64,000 nucleotides of DNA from Octopus vulgaris (Eukaryota): NCBI GenBank assembly GCA_951406725.2, contig OX597814.1, forward strand, positions 111,290,001-111,354,000, read 5' to 3'. The stretch's first letter is position 1. The number at the start of each line of letters is the position of its first letter. Below the pieces are notes generated by a model, which was given only the letters and a program-made list of their open reading frames with translations, did not search any database and was not told where the DNA came from. Positions 1 to 14,769 of this stretch are shown here, one piece after another. The position numbers and the translations under genes were made by a program.

Positions 1-262
1 GATCCAGCTATCCAGCCGTCTACATTTTATTACCAAATTGGTAACATGCTCTCGGAAAGATTCATCATTGCTCATGTCAATGCCCAGGCCATGCACTGAT
101 TTTGATTCAGGGATTTCAATTCCCCCTGGGCCAGTGTATCCTGTCTGCATGTCGTTTAGCTTTGAGTGCTGGTAGCGAAGGGCCTGGAATTTTCCTGCAT
201 TAAACTGCATGTTGTTGTCCTCAGCCCGCCTGTATATTGCGTCCAACTCCCGTTGCTGAACA
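1..262 (-). mobile_element. CR1/L2-type LINE reverse transcriptase C-terminal fragment
   Basis: Translation QRELDAIYRRAEDNNMQFNAGKFQALRY...GLGIDMSNDESFREHV fits the post-YADD pattern LD.I..W...N.M.FN..K. Confidence 0.75.
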
Positions 263-556
263 TTTTAAATGGTAACTTATCTATCTCATATGCTTACTAA
301 ATGATATTTATGATTTGAACTGGTTCACTTTGGCCTAATAACTTAGTTTTAGTTGTCGCCTGCACATGTTAGGAAGGTCTTCGTTTTAAATACTTTAGAA
401 TTTTTTTCTTTTTCTTTATTTTGAAAATATAAAAAAAATTTTATATTACTTGAGATTTTTCTCTAAATACAAATTTCTCCATTTTCTTTAATGAAGATTT
501 TTCTTGTATTTCTGTTTTGGCGATGACTTTTAAAACAAAATACGCTCTGGACAAAA

Positions 557-620
557 TACTGAATTATGGGGAGACAACTTGGACTAAATGCTGAATTATG
601 GGGAGACAACTTGGACTAAA
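557..620. repeat. 32-bp tandem duplication
   Basis: t(a/g)ctgaattatggggagacaacttggactaaa twice. Confidence 0.85.
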
Positions 621-1676
621 CTTAAAGAACTGCTAAAATAAGGGAGTTTTCTCCCCTAGCTGGTTCAGTGATAAACGCGCGCAAATAGAGCCTGACCTAA
701 ATTTCTATAAAGGAAAACTGATCTGTGATAAAGTTATAATGTTGAATGATAAGATTTCTAGAGACAAAGTTATGAATGATTGTTCGGTCTGTGAGGTGGG
801 AGTCCGTTGACAGTTTTAGTGATTATTCGAGTAGATTCTTAGCATAATACTTGGCTGCGGTGGTGGGTCTACTACAATAGAAAAATGTGAGATGTATTGC
901 CATGATTTAATAGGGATCAGATTAACTAAAGGGTTCGTTTATATTTGGGAGATAGAAAGATGTCAAGAGTGTTTTGTGTGTCAGTGCGTCTATTGGGAGC
1001 CGTAGGTGTGATGCTGCTAAATGGCGCAGGTACTTCACAATAGCAACTGGTTTCTTTTGAGTAACAGCCTTGTTTGTGTGAGAGAGGGTCAGAGTCAGGG
1101 GGAGTTAGAGGCACTAAAATGGGGGAAATAATCACACACACACACACACACACATGCGGTGGCAGACTGGGTCTAAAAATACTGGTTGCCAAGAGACAAA
1201 GGGGGCCCACCCGCAACTACAATGCTATCATTTATTTTTTCTTCTGTTAAAAGTATTCTTTTCAACTGTCTGCAAACACACCCAGGCTGAAATAATTAAT
1301 GCATCCTTCCAGGAGTGGATAAAAAATACTCAAACTTGAGTGGATGGGCACCTTAGATACTAACATAGGCCCCCATATAAGGATTTTAATGGCATTGGGA
1401 GCCACTTACTATTGGGCAAGCTGGCAACCTAGCCAGTCTCTCACTGCACACATGCTCACACCCACAGTCATATATTTATACACATAAACATGCCCCTGCC
1501 CCAGTGATTGGGAAACAAGCTTCTTACCACACAGCTATGCTTGTATCTAAAGATTTTTGAAAACTAGAAAGAAATGAAGTGAGCATGCTCCTTTGGATAT
1601 GCAATGTTTGTGTACATAAACAATCAAGTACAAATAAGTTGTGAGAAAAACTGAATATAAGGGAATTCAAGTATAG

Positions 1677-2345
1677 TGTGGCTGTGGGGTAAGAAGCTTA
1701 CTTCCCAACCACATAGTTCCAGGTTCAGTCCCACCAGGGCAAATGTCTTCTACTATAGCTTCAAACCAACCAAATCCTTGAGAGTGGATTTGGTAGATGG
1801 AAATTGAAAGAAGCCCATTGTATACATATGTGTGTGTGTGTGTGTGTGTGCCTGTGTTTGTCCCTCCCACCATTGCTTGACAATCAATGCTGGTGTTTTT
1901 ATGTCTCCATAATAATAATAATAATAATAATTGTGTACAGTGCTCAGGTGCACTACAACTCATCTAAAGTGTATATATAATCAGGTGTAGTTTCGGCGGA
2001 TTTCGGAAAGCATGAGGGCCTTAAAAGATGCAGTGTCATGGCAGTCAACAACTGACGCAGGCAGTTTATTCCATGCTTCAGCAACTCTGAGCGTGAAAAA
2101 ATGTTTCCGAAAGTCATGGGAGCTGTATTGTTTTCTGACTTTGTAGGCATGTCCACGTGTGTTAGACACATGGAGATCAAAAAGGTGTTCAGTGTTGTTG
2201 TTGGTGAGGTGGTTGATAACTTTGTGGGTGTTTACCAAGTCCGTCGCCAAACGCCGGAGCTTAGCAGTTTGCTGAAAGAGACCAATAGAATTAGTACTAG
2301 GCTTATTTAGAATAAGTCCTGGGGTCGATTTCTACAACTAAAACC
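1677..2345 (+). mobile_element. tRNA-derived CORE-like SINE interrupted by a CR1 insertion
   Basis: gtggctgtg..taagaagctt.cttcccaaccacat head and gggcaaatgtcttctactatagc core. Its continuation cttagcagtt..aaagagaccaatagaa resumes at 2260, as in the intact copy at 19987-20310. Confidence 0.75.
1910..2259 (-). mobile_element. 5'-truncated CR1-clade LINE 3' end with (TTA)n tail
   Basis: TRGHAYKVRKQ...RKHFFTLRVAEAWNKLP is the typical CR1 ORF2 C-terminus, followed by a short UTR and a microsatellite tail at 1910-1930. Confidence 0.88.
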
Positions 2346-2589
2346 CTTTTCTTCAACTAAAACATTCACTGCTTTCTTCCAAGGAATCTAATGCTCTTAG
2401 CTTAGTTTTTCCTTGAGGTTGGCCAGATTGGAGCAATCTCGAGTATAACCAGCTGAAGTTGCAAAGATAATCTGGAACTCGACTGAGGAAATAAAACTCT
2501 GAATGACCCGTCCTTGTTTTCTTTGTATCATCTGTCTGGATGTTTTGCGTTCTTGTCCCATTTTGTATTTTTTATATATAAGATATAAC

Positions 2590-2644
<55 letters not shown>

Positions 2645-3485
2645 GATAGATAGATAGATAGATAGATATACAACAGGCTTCTTTCAGTTTCCATCTACCA
2701 TATCCACTCATAAGGCTTTGATTAGCTTGAGTCTATAGTAGAAGACATTTGCCCAAAGTGTCATGCAGTAGGACTGAACCCGGAACCATGTGGTTGGTAA
2801 GCAAGCTACTTATCACACAGCCACTTCAGCACCTCTGAGTTTCTCCTCCACAATCACCTGACAACCAGTGCTGGTTTGTTTACATCCTTGTAATATTGTG
2901 GTTCAGCAAAAAAGTAATAGAATAAGAACCACTGTATCTACTATTCTTTTATTCTTTTACTTGATTCAACCATTTGAATCAAATTAATATAAATTAATAA
3001 ATAAATAAAACATATGCATATATATATACATATATGTACGTACCTACCTCTACATATATATATATATATATATAAATTCATAAATAAATAAAACATATGC
3101 ATATATACATACATATATGCACCGTACCTACCTCTACATGTATATATACATGCATATATGGGTACAGGACACCAAAAAAGCATCGAACACAATGAGAAAC
3201 GAAAACATAAACACAAAACTAAGGAAATGGACACTTTTCTTAAACAACGAAAAAATAGAGTACAGGACATACAAAACAAGGAAAATTCCCCTTCTTCAGT
3301 CGCCTTTGTTTCATCTACTCCACGTTTCGAAGGTCGTAAGCAATAATAAATCTCTGAACGAGGTATATACCTTAGGGCACAGAAAGTGTGCCTAAAGTCA
3401 GCTGGAGGAGATGTTCTCCTGGGGCTACAAGCTACAGTGACACCCACCCTTAGTGGTTAGCCATATTGAGATGGCAAATATACCT

Positions 3486-4860
<1,375 letters not shown>

Positions 4861-5952
4861 ATAGTAGGATTTAAAATGATTATATTATTAGATTAGTATT
4901 TTGGATATAACTTTCTATGTGTAATCCAAAAAATAAGGTTGTCCTGAAATTGAAGTTGTGGTCCTATTGGCAAAATCCCAAATTTGTAATAACATATATA
5001 TATATAGAAGAAGTCCATCGGGTATATATATATATATATATACCCAATAGACTTCTTTCAGTTTCTGTCTACCAAATCCACTCACAAGGCTTTGCTTGGC
5101 CCAAGGCTATAGTAGAAGACACTTGACCAAGATGCGATACAGTGGGATTGAACCCAGAACCATGTGATTGGGAAGCAAGCTACTTATTTCTTTACTGCTC
5201 ACAAGGGGCTACACACAGAGGGGACAGATAAATGGATTAAGTCGATTATATCAACCCCAGTGCGTAACTGGTACTTATTTAATCGACCCCAAAAGGATGA
5301 AAGGCAAAGTTGACCTTGGCAGAATTTGAACTCAGAACGTAACGGTAGACGAGATATCGGTAAGCATTTTGCCCAGAGTGCTAACATTTCTGCAAGCTCA
5401 CTTACCAAACAGCTACTCCTGTGCCATATTGTCCATCTTTGTTTTGTGTTAGGCCCTCGTGGGCAAATAAAGAAAACATTATTATTTTAGTATGGGTCAG
5501 GTTTGGTCTTAATTCTGGCAGGAATTATGTGAGTAGCGGGTTACTACTTGTAACCTTAGATATCCACAAGTTTTCAGCAGTCTTTCAAGTGCTTAGAACC
5601 CTCCTGATAATTATTATCATTATTATTATTATTATTTTGGTTGAACAAAGCAGTACTAATAACTTGGTGTTAGAACTTAATTTACATATTCTTTAGAAGT
5701 GTTAGTCAAGTCCAGAGCAGTAATAAGAAATTAAGTAAATGATAAGAGAATAAGAAATTAAGTCAGGGACTTCAATAGCTTACAGTTGTTTCTGCTATAA
5801 GGTGCAATGCATTCATACTTAAGTGCTTGTGTATCACCGTATAGCTTCATCAGAAATTTAAAAAATGACGCAGAACTTTATTTGGGAAGGCATTTACATT
5901 CATATGTACATATACAGAAAGCATTACCATTGAAAAAAGCATATATATACAT

Positions 5953-6750
5953 ATGAGGTAGAATGGAAAGGTTCCTGGACTAGTTCTGTAGCATACCAAC
6001 AGATGGCAGCACATTGTTGTATGCACAGTGAGAGTCAGCAGTGACCTTCATGAGGCAGTGTGCCGAGTGACATCACTGTTTACTTCGGAAGTTGTGAAAT
6101 TTGTGTTTTTGTGATCACATATATGCTGTAGTCTGCGGTTTTGTCAGGGACAAAGAGCCAATGTGAAATTTTGTGTTGAACTTGGGAAGTCTGCTACAGA
6201 GGCATTGAGCATGCTTTGGCAATTGGTCACATGCAATGTTTTAAGTGGCACAGGCACTTTGAAAGTGGAAGATGATAAGCAATCAGGAAGATCTGTGACA
6301 GGCATCACCCCAAGAAATATAGTATTTTGCATCAAAAATTTGCACCCCAGGGCCAGACCATCGATTGAAAACCCTACTGTGATGTTCTGAAGCATTTGAA
6401 GAAGGACATTTGGTGAAAGTGATCTGATATGTGGAGTGTGAAGAATTGGATTTTTCACCAAAATCAACATGGTATCACTTCTGCACCCACTCTTTTCACC
6501 AGATTTAGCACCTGCAGACTTCCATCTCTTCCCCAAGGTGAAAATGCAGTCCAAAGATCACCATTGTCAAAATCCAAAGCGAATCACAGAGGGTCCTTGA
6601 CTTGCTTATGGAAAACGAATTCCAGGCCAGATTCCAAAAGTAGCAGGAATGCTGGGACTGGTGTATTTTGAAGATGATGTTAAAACTTAGGTAAATAAGT
6701 TGGTTTTTTTTAATTAAACTAATCTTTGAACTTTCTGATACCCTTTTGTA
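5953..6750 (+). mobile_element. Decayed mariner (Tc1/mariner) transposon with transposase pseudogene
   Basis: QRANVKFCVELGKSATEALSML (N-terminal HTH) and SPDLAPADFHLFPKVK at ~6497 (YSPDLAP motif); frameshifts and deletions. Confidence 0.85.
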
Positions 6751-7374
6751 GTAGTGGTAGACACCCTAAGCACGAGGCCACATCTCTGCCTATTACTTAT
6801 AATAAGGGTGCATAGACAAATAGTTAAGAAGTTTGTCTTTCTTACATGCTACATCTAATTCCTTTTATGTCTATTTTTTCCCCTCAACTCGTCATACATG
6901 CATCTAACATTACACATCATGCTCGCTTCATAAACAAGTTTATGCAATTTGCCTTTTGTTCTGAAAGAGAAATCTTTTGTTACATGCAGAGGTAAAAACT
7001 CTCTCAACTGTTTCTCCATCACGTTTTCATTCTGGCTCCTATGCTTTCTGAACATCACCACTCTCTACTAATTACATTACCTGGGCAAGCTGTCAACTAC
7101 TTTTGTAATTTAGGTGCTCATGGTCCTAAGGTCATGGATTCAATTCCTAGACTGGGTGGTGCATTGCTTCCTTGAGCAAGGCACTCCATTTCCCATTGCT
7201 TTAATCTGCTCAGTTGCAATGAGTACCAGCAGTAATTCAGGTTAAACTTAAGGCAAACAGATGTCTTGACCTCATTGTAACCTATTTGTCTCAGAAATAA
7301 GCTAAGCTCTATCCTAATGAACTTGTAGGCTCAAAACATATTTGAACTCCTTAACTATATGCATATAGCACTAT

Positions 7375-7605
7375 AAGGCGGCGAGCTGGCAGAAATGTTA
7401 GCGCGCCAGGCGAAATGCTTAGTGGTATTTCGTCTGTCGTTATGTTCTGAGTTCAAATTCCGCCAAGTTTGACTTTGCCTTTCATCCCCTCAGGATCGAT
7501 AAATAAAGTACCAGTTTCGCACTGGGTCGATGTAATCGACTTAATCCCTTTGTCTGTCCTTGTTTGTCCCCTCTATGTTTAGCCCCTTGTGGGTAGTAAA
7601 GAAAT
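7375..7605 (+). mobile_element. tRNA-derived SINE, second family (representative copy)
   Basis: ggcgagctggcagaa..gttagc (A-box-like), gagttcaaattcc (B-box-like), gcctttcatcc..gataaataaagtaccag. Other copies: ~5190-5405(-), 18955-19145(-), 23640-23850(-), 47985-48100(-), 56000-56210(-), 56300-56450(+), 61120-61325(+). Confidence 0.8.
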
Positions 7606-9714
7606 ATATATGTATATAGCACTTAATCCTTAATTTTGCAACTACTCCACACTCCCCCCAGTTGAGGGGTCTTGTCCTGCAACTTACTTGGTAACCTCAC
7701 TTCTAGTGGTGATACATAAAAGCATCCTGTACACTCTGTAAAGGGGTTGGTACTAGGAAGGGTATCTAGCCATAGAAACCCTACCAAAACAGACAGCAGG
7801 TTTTGGTGTAGTCTTCTGACTTTCCTGTTCCTGTTAAACTGTCCTATTGATGCCAGCATGGGAAACATATGTTAAACAACAATGATGATGTTTCAGTCAA
7901 ACAGCTGAGTATTCCACAGATACTTGTAGCCTTGACCTTATCTTCAGGCAGAACTTGTACAAGAAGTCTGGTCCTTTGAACTACAGGTATAGTTCACCTA
8001 ACAGACATCAGCACAATTTTACTTTCAAGGTTTTGGTTGACATGGGAATATGGAAAAAGACATTGTATAATGTGTTATAGGCCAGGTTGAAGAGAAAGCA
8101 TGGCACCCTGGCCAATCAAAGAATTATTTGGTAGATAGAAACTGAAAGTGTGTGTATGTCTGTCTCCTTGTCGTGAGATTTAAATGAGTGTCACTATAAT
8201 GGAAGCCATGTCATTCATCTCCAATCTTCTGTGAAAACAGCCAGGGAAAATATTATTTTACTGGGAAACAGGAAAATCTGCTTCAATAAATTCTGTCCAA
8301 CCCTTGCAAGCATGGATAAGGGTGTGCATTAAAGCTATGACGATGATGGTGATGATCCCATGTCATACTCCTTTTCTCCATCTTTCACTGTTAAACTCCC
8401 TAATGCCTCTCTCTCTCTCTCTCTTACCTGAGTCAAGAGATCTGAGTGTAGGATGTGTATCTCACAGCTCTCTCTCTCTCTCTCTCTTACCAGCAAATAT
8501 CCCATCACAAGATCTAATTAACGACAAACTTAATTGTATATAAATATCTCTGCACCACCATTTGCAACCCCCCCCCCCCCCCCGAAAACAAAGAAACCCA
8601 AAGCAGCACCGACTGCCTTTTTATAATCTTGGAGCTGTTATTTGGAGACAGGTAAAGAAATATGTAAAATGGCGCTAGATGTGAAAAGCGATTTTGAGAG
8701 ACAGGGTCAAACTGATACCAAGTGGATGCATTGAAAATTGCTGAAATGTCCAAGAAACCAACTTTGACATATGATTCACCAATCAGAAATCTGGACTTGT
8801 AACTGGTATTAAATTAATCCTGTGTGGTCATCTCTGTAAATAAATAGAACAAGTCATCTTAGGATACTGGATAAAAATATACCCTGAATGCTACTTGCCT
8901 CCAATAGGGTTCACCAATGGAATATAATTACTATAAAGATCAGAAAATGCAATATTTAAAAGGTTGTGTAGAGTTGAACTCATAATCGTAGAACTATAGT
9001 TTTTGATTCCTGGACTGACTGACATGTTGTGTCCTTGACCAAAACACTTCATGTTGCTCCAGTCCACTCAGCAAATGCATAATCCTGTGAAGGGTTGGCG
9101 TCCCATCCAGTGGGAAATATACGCACCACAGAAACCAGTCCCATAGAAAGGATCTTTATCCCTTTCTTTAATCCTATATAGAGTTTAATTAGGTACATCC
9201 AAATCATATTTCCAATGTTAGTGTTCATAGGGGTCTGTATAACAAACCTTAATAAGCAAATATCAGTGACAGAAACATGGCTAAGTTGTCTCTCTTCATG
9301 ATTCCTGGATTCTACCACTGATTTCAACATAGGCATGTCCTGGTGTTTGATTTACCGGATGACTGACACATTGAATTACTGTGCAAAGTGACTGAGTATT
9401 CCACAGACACATATAAACCTTAAAATTAATACATTGTTTACATTTGACAGATATTTGTCCTCATCTTGTTTGTTGTTAACACAGTTTTGGTTGATATACC
9501 CTCCAGCCTTCTTCAGGTATCTTGGGAAAATTTCGAACCTGGGTTCTCATTCCTAAGGTATTTTTCGATGTTATTATTATTATTCAGATCACTGAAATGT
9601 TGTGTTAACAACAAACAAGATGAGGACAAATATCCATCAAATGTAAATAATTCCTCATCTCTTAAATATAGAAGCTTAAAATTAATTCCCTAACAGTCAG
9701 TATGATACTGGTGC

Positions 9715-9995
9715 CCCATTGATGAGGGTTCCAGTTGATCTGATCAAAGGAACAGCCTGTTTGTGAATGTAATGTGCAAGTGGCTGAGTGCAACACAAAC
9801 AAGCTTACCCTTAATGTAGTTCTCATGGAGATTCAGCACGACTCAGAATGTGACAAGACCACCCCTTTGAAACACAAGTACTACTCATTTTTAGTAGCTG
9901 AGAGAACTGGACCATGAAATAAAGTCTTGCTCAAGGACACAATGCATAGCCTGGAATCAATTTACAACCTTACAATCGAGTTAAATATCTTAACC
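9715..9995 (-). mobile_element. SINE, third family (…gtgtccttgagcaag…ccagt..ctcagct…cttgtcacattctg…)
   Basis: Shared segments with ~7110-7230, 8960-9150, 13585-13920, 44740-44960 and 57820-57950. Confidence 0.65.
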
Positions 9996-11270
9996 AAACC
10001 AGGTACCTTCACAGTTAGTATGACTCATGAGTGACATGGCTGGACCTTTAAATTTTAGGTACAATTCATTCCTCAGGCGTTTGTCCGACATGTCAAACTG
10101 TGGGCTTGAACCAAGAAACCTCATGCTTGAAACATTGAACATTTAATGTTAACAAGTGGCACACATTTTAATTATGATGATTGTAAAGTGACAGAACTTG
10201 GAAACACTTTGAACTTTGAAATGGAAATTCACTACAGTTGGTACCACTATAAATAAAGCTGTTGTTAAAGAGAGTAACAGTCATTATGCATTATTAGTCA
10301 CCACCAGTTTATGAAATCCAACGCAAAATGAAGTAATGTAGATTGAGACTAATCATGAAATTAAGCCAATTCTCATTATAAAAATTAGACGTAATTATAC
10401 AACAGCCTCCTTCCATACCTGGCAGGTGAAATAAACATGAGATTCTTTGTCTCGTGTAGATATTGCAGGAGCTTGTCAGAGGTTTTGCAATCTCTTCTAA
10501 ATCCATTCCAAAACAAGAAACCTTTTCATATTGTCAGCAGGTACCTCAAGGTCACAAGTGTTTTGCCGCTTAGCATGTGCTTGTTCCATGCTCATATTTT
10601 AGCATCTCAACATTTGGTACAAAGCTACCCCTTCCTCTTTCAAATCCACCCTCCACTTGGTCGAAGAGGCTTTTTTCCTTTCTTGTCTTGTAAGTTACTT
10701 ACCAACCTCATTAATGCCGGGATGTGTAAGAAAAAAAAAAAAAAGTACCCAGTATATGTTGTAAAGTGGTTGGTGTTAGGAGGGGGGCATCCAGCCAGAG
10801 AAAGCATGCCAAAGCTGATACTGGATCTGTGTGTCCTGCAGTTTGCTGGATCCAGTCAAACTGTTCAACCCATGTCAGCAGGGAAAAAAAAAAAGGAGTT
10901 AAATGATGATGATGTAGGAATTTAAAAATGTCATTGAATGTAAACTATTTCATTAGTAGTAACCAGCACATCAAGTGTCCATTAGTGTGCCTCACCTATT
11001 CAATCAACCTCAGTTTTAAGGTTTTTTATGCTCTCTTAAAGCAACAAGTAACTTTTCACTTGTTGCATGAAATTATTTTTGATTTCAGAAACACTAACAC
11101 TTTACCTACCTTACTCATTTTGTTATAAATTATGCATTTTTTAACCATCTTTGCTTCCTAACCACATGATTCTGGGTTCAGTCTCACTGTGTAGCTAGCA
11201 CCTTGGGCAAGTGTCTTTTACTATAAGCCTTGTGAGTGGATTTGCTAGACGGAAACTGAAAGAAGCCCAC

Positions 11271-11307
<37 letters not shown>

Positions 11308-11429
11308 TTACATCCCCAAGTACCAGATTCAAAAGAAATAAGTACTAGATGTCAATCTGATTAAAATTTTTCAAGGCAATCCCCCAGAATGACTGAAACA
11401 AGATGGTTGTTCTAGTTCACCATACAAAC

Positions 11430-14054
11430 AATGCCATTGATTTATATCACACGGGTGTCACTGGCGATACATGTTAAAAAATATTCAAATGTCCATTATA
11501 CTCACATCTATGAATTTGTTTTCCCTGTAGATTATATCATATATGTCTTTATGGCTTTTTCACAAGAATTATTTTACAGAGGGCAACAAACCAATAATGG
11601 AGATGGTAGAAATTTTCACCCTTCGGATATCTGTATAGTGTATGTGCGACCAATGTTTACATTATTAGAGTAGCTTTTAATTTTTAACTTAATTTTCTTA
11701 AACGTGTGCTATGCCTGAACACACTGGCAAATAGATTTCACTTTATTTGCATACAAGTCCCAGGTCAACAATTCATTTTGTTTTGAGGTGTTTTTGAGTA
11801 TCTGGTTCTGATGAGCCACAACAATGGTGAAATATTGATATCTATCATTCTTGATCATCTTGAGGAGTTACCTTGCTTGGTCTGGGGGCATTCGGTGTAA
11901 ACACTTGACGTCATGTAGGAAGTTTTTCCCGGGATGCTATCCTGCAGCAAACAGGCATATAAATAAAATACATACACTATGTATATGCAACCAATGTTTT
12001 CATTTCTCCAAATTTGAATCAAAGGAACATGAAACTCCACTCCCCCATCAAAAAAAAAAAAATCAATTGCAAGTCATTGATGACTATGGTGGTCTATTAA
12101 GAATGCAGTGTGAGAGAACATTGGTGATTCTTATGCTAGGTGAAACCTGCTTCACCCAATTTATAGCCCCAAAATTCAAACATTTCCATGCACCAACAGC
12201 AACCATTTACATGCTTACTAGTATAAATGTTAAAATTCATCATCATAATAATAAAAAAAAAAAAAGCTGATGTGAGAGCGAAATGAAACGCAGTAACTTA
12301 ATGTGATAATCCAGAACAAACAAGAGAGAAAAGTGGTTTAGATCAATAATGATGATTTTAAAAAAATGTATTCACAATGTTTTTGTTACAATTAACAAAA
12401 TACTAAATATTCAAAGAAAATAAACAAATTAAGCAATTTGTACATAAATATACTGCATAAAATTAAAAGACAACAGAAGGCTATATATATGTGTGTATAT
12501 ATATAGTGTATGTAGGTATATGTGTGTATATATATATGGTATATGTAGGTATATATATGGTGTATATGTGTATATATATTATATATACACACACACCTAT
12601 ATACATACATAGATATATGTGTGCATATGTGTGTGTGTATATATATATAAATATATATTACATATATTTTTATTGGTGTGTTATTCACCTCTCCAGAAAC
12701 ATTTCGATACCAGCTCCATTGAGAGCTAGCTAATATGGGAGTAAGGGAGGAAGATGCAGAAGTTCTTTACCTTAACATTTGGAAATGTACACCATCGGAT
12801 GTGGAAATAATATTTGGGGAAGAGGATCTGATTTTATTTTATTTTATTTTATTTTTTTTTTCCATTTTTAATTTTGAAAGTTTTATTATAAAGTTTTTGA
12901 AATTGTTTTTGCTTTTTTTCTTTCGTTTTTTTCTGCTTGTTGGCTTTTTTTGTCGCTGGCATGGATATTTCTTGTATCGTGTTTGGTTGTAGATAGTTCA
13001 TCAAATCAAAGAGATGAAGATTTGAGATAGTATTATTTACAAGTAAACATTTCCTCTTTTCATCATTCTTAGCCTTGCCTGAAGCTAAATATACCAAAAT
13101 TTGATATACATAATACTTGTACAAAATTCTAGACAGTATCAATAGTTTAGCCTGTTAATTGAAAAGATGTGTGCTTAAAATGCTATATTTTTTGTTGTTG
13201 TTAAAACAGTGCAAAAGGTTGCACGAAAAAACTTTTTTTAAAAACTACTAATACATTTCTGCCAATATAAAAAAAATTCCCACCTTATATTTTGTAGAGC
13301 CTTATATTAGCAAAAATTAACTTTTAAATTATTTATTATCAATAATAATTTTAACTTTAATGAAATATATTATCAGATAATTACTTTCTCCTATATAGAT
13401 ATATCCATCCAAAATGGAAATGAAGACCAACACTTCCATGTGGCATGCTTGAACAATTGTGAAGATCTCTTCACATGAAACCATTGGTAGCCTTGTTAAC
13501 CCACAAATAAAAAATATTTATCCACCAATGCAGTGTTGAGCACTCATTCTCATTGTTGCTTGATATTAGCGCATATATGTGCGCAGTGTGGCCGAATGGT
13601 TACAATCATGAGATCCTGGTTTCAATTCTGCTATGTGGTGGCATCTTGGGCAAATGTTGTTCCTTAATAGCCTTGGGTCAACCCACACCACTTGGGTGAA
13701 ATTGAGCAGACAGAAACTATGACGAAGCCTGTCAGTTTTTGTACCTTTAATTCAAAGGCCAAGTCTTGTCAGTCACACACACATACACACACACTGTAAT
13801 CATGTTGATTCCACCTGAGAAATTTACATTATTGGTACACGTGTCTGGAATACTCAGCCACCTACATGCTAATTCAATGAGCCTGCAGTTTAGTTGATCA
13901 AACAACTGAACACATGCACTCCAAGATCAGAAATTCTGTTCTGACTGCGATCTATATATCAGCTATAAAATACTGTAATGACAGGAAACATCTTTAGAAA
14001 ATTAAAAAAATTCCTACAGAATAATTACAGTTTCTTTTTAAACTAGTATATGTA

Positions 14055-14085
<31 letters not shown>

Positions 14086-14734
14086 AAAAAGAAAAGAAAA
14101 AAATTGAATTTAAAATAAGTAAAAATTAAGAAAGCAAGAAATGATATTTTAAATATATTGGAGACTGTTATTCCCAGGAAGTAAACATGCAGCAATAGAG
14201 ATGAAAGATTTTTTATCTTTTTTTCTTGTTATATGACAGAAACATACAGGATTCACTTAACAAATATAGAATTAATATTAGCTGTAGTACAACAAATTAG
14301 AAAATTATTCTCCACACTTCACTGGAAGTGATCATCACAAATTTTAAAATAAAAGCTGTTTATATATATATATATATATGTATACATATATATATACATG
14401 ATATTCTGTAAAAAAAAAAAACAACAAAAAACATTTATTACTAAAGGAATGAAAAAATATTTTTTAAACTAACAATATTTTTTGTGTTTGTTCATTGAAG
14501 ATTCTTTTTTTTCTTATTTTTTTCCCTTTTTTTTTTACAGAAAAAGAAAATACATAATGAAATTGTGGCAGATAAACTGGCTGCAATATTGAAAAAAGAT
14601 GTTTTAATGAGGTAGTATTAGAAAAATAACATTAAAAAAAAAAAGAGGAGAGAGAAGAAAAATTAAAATATTCATATTCTTTCAAATGTTCCCTACACTT
14701 ATAAATTTCTCTTTCGGCTGTTCATCATATCATC

Positions 14735-14769
<35 letters not shown>

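Noticed and set aside
7375-7470. tRNA genes suggested by A/B-box-like motifs
   Set aside because: These are SINE heads present in many diverged copies; no cloverleaf is evident.
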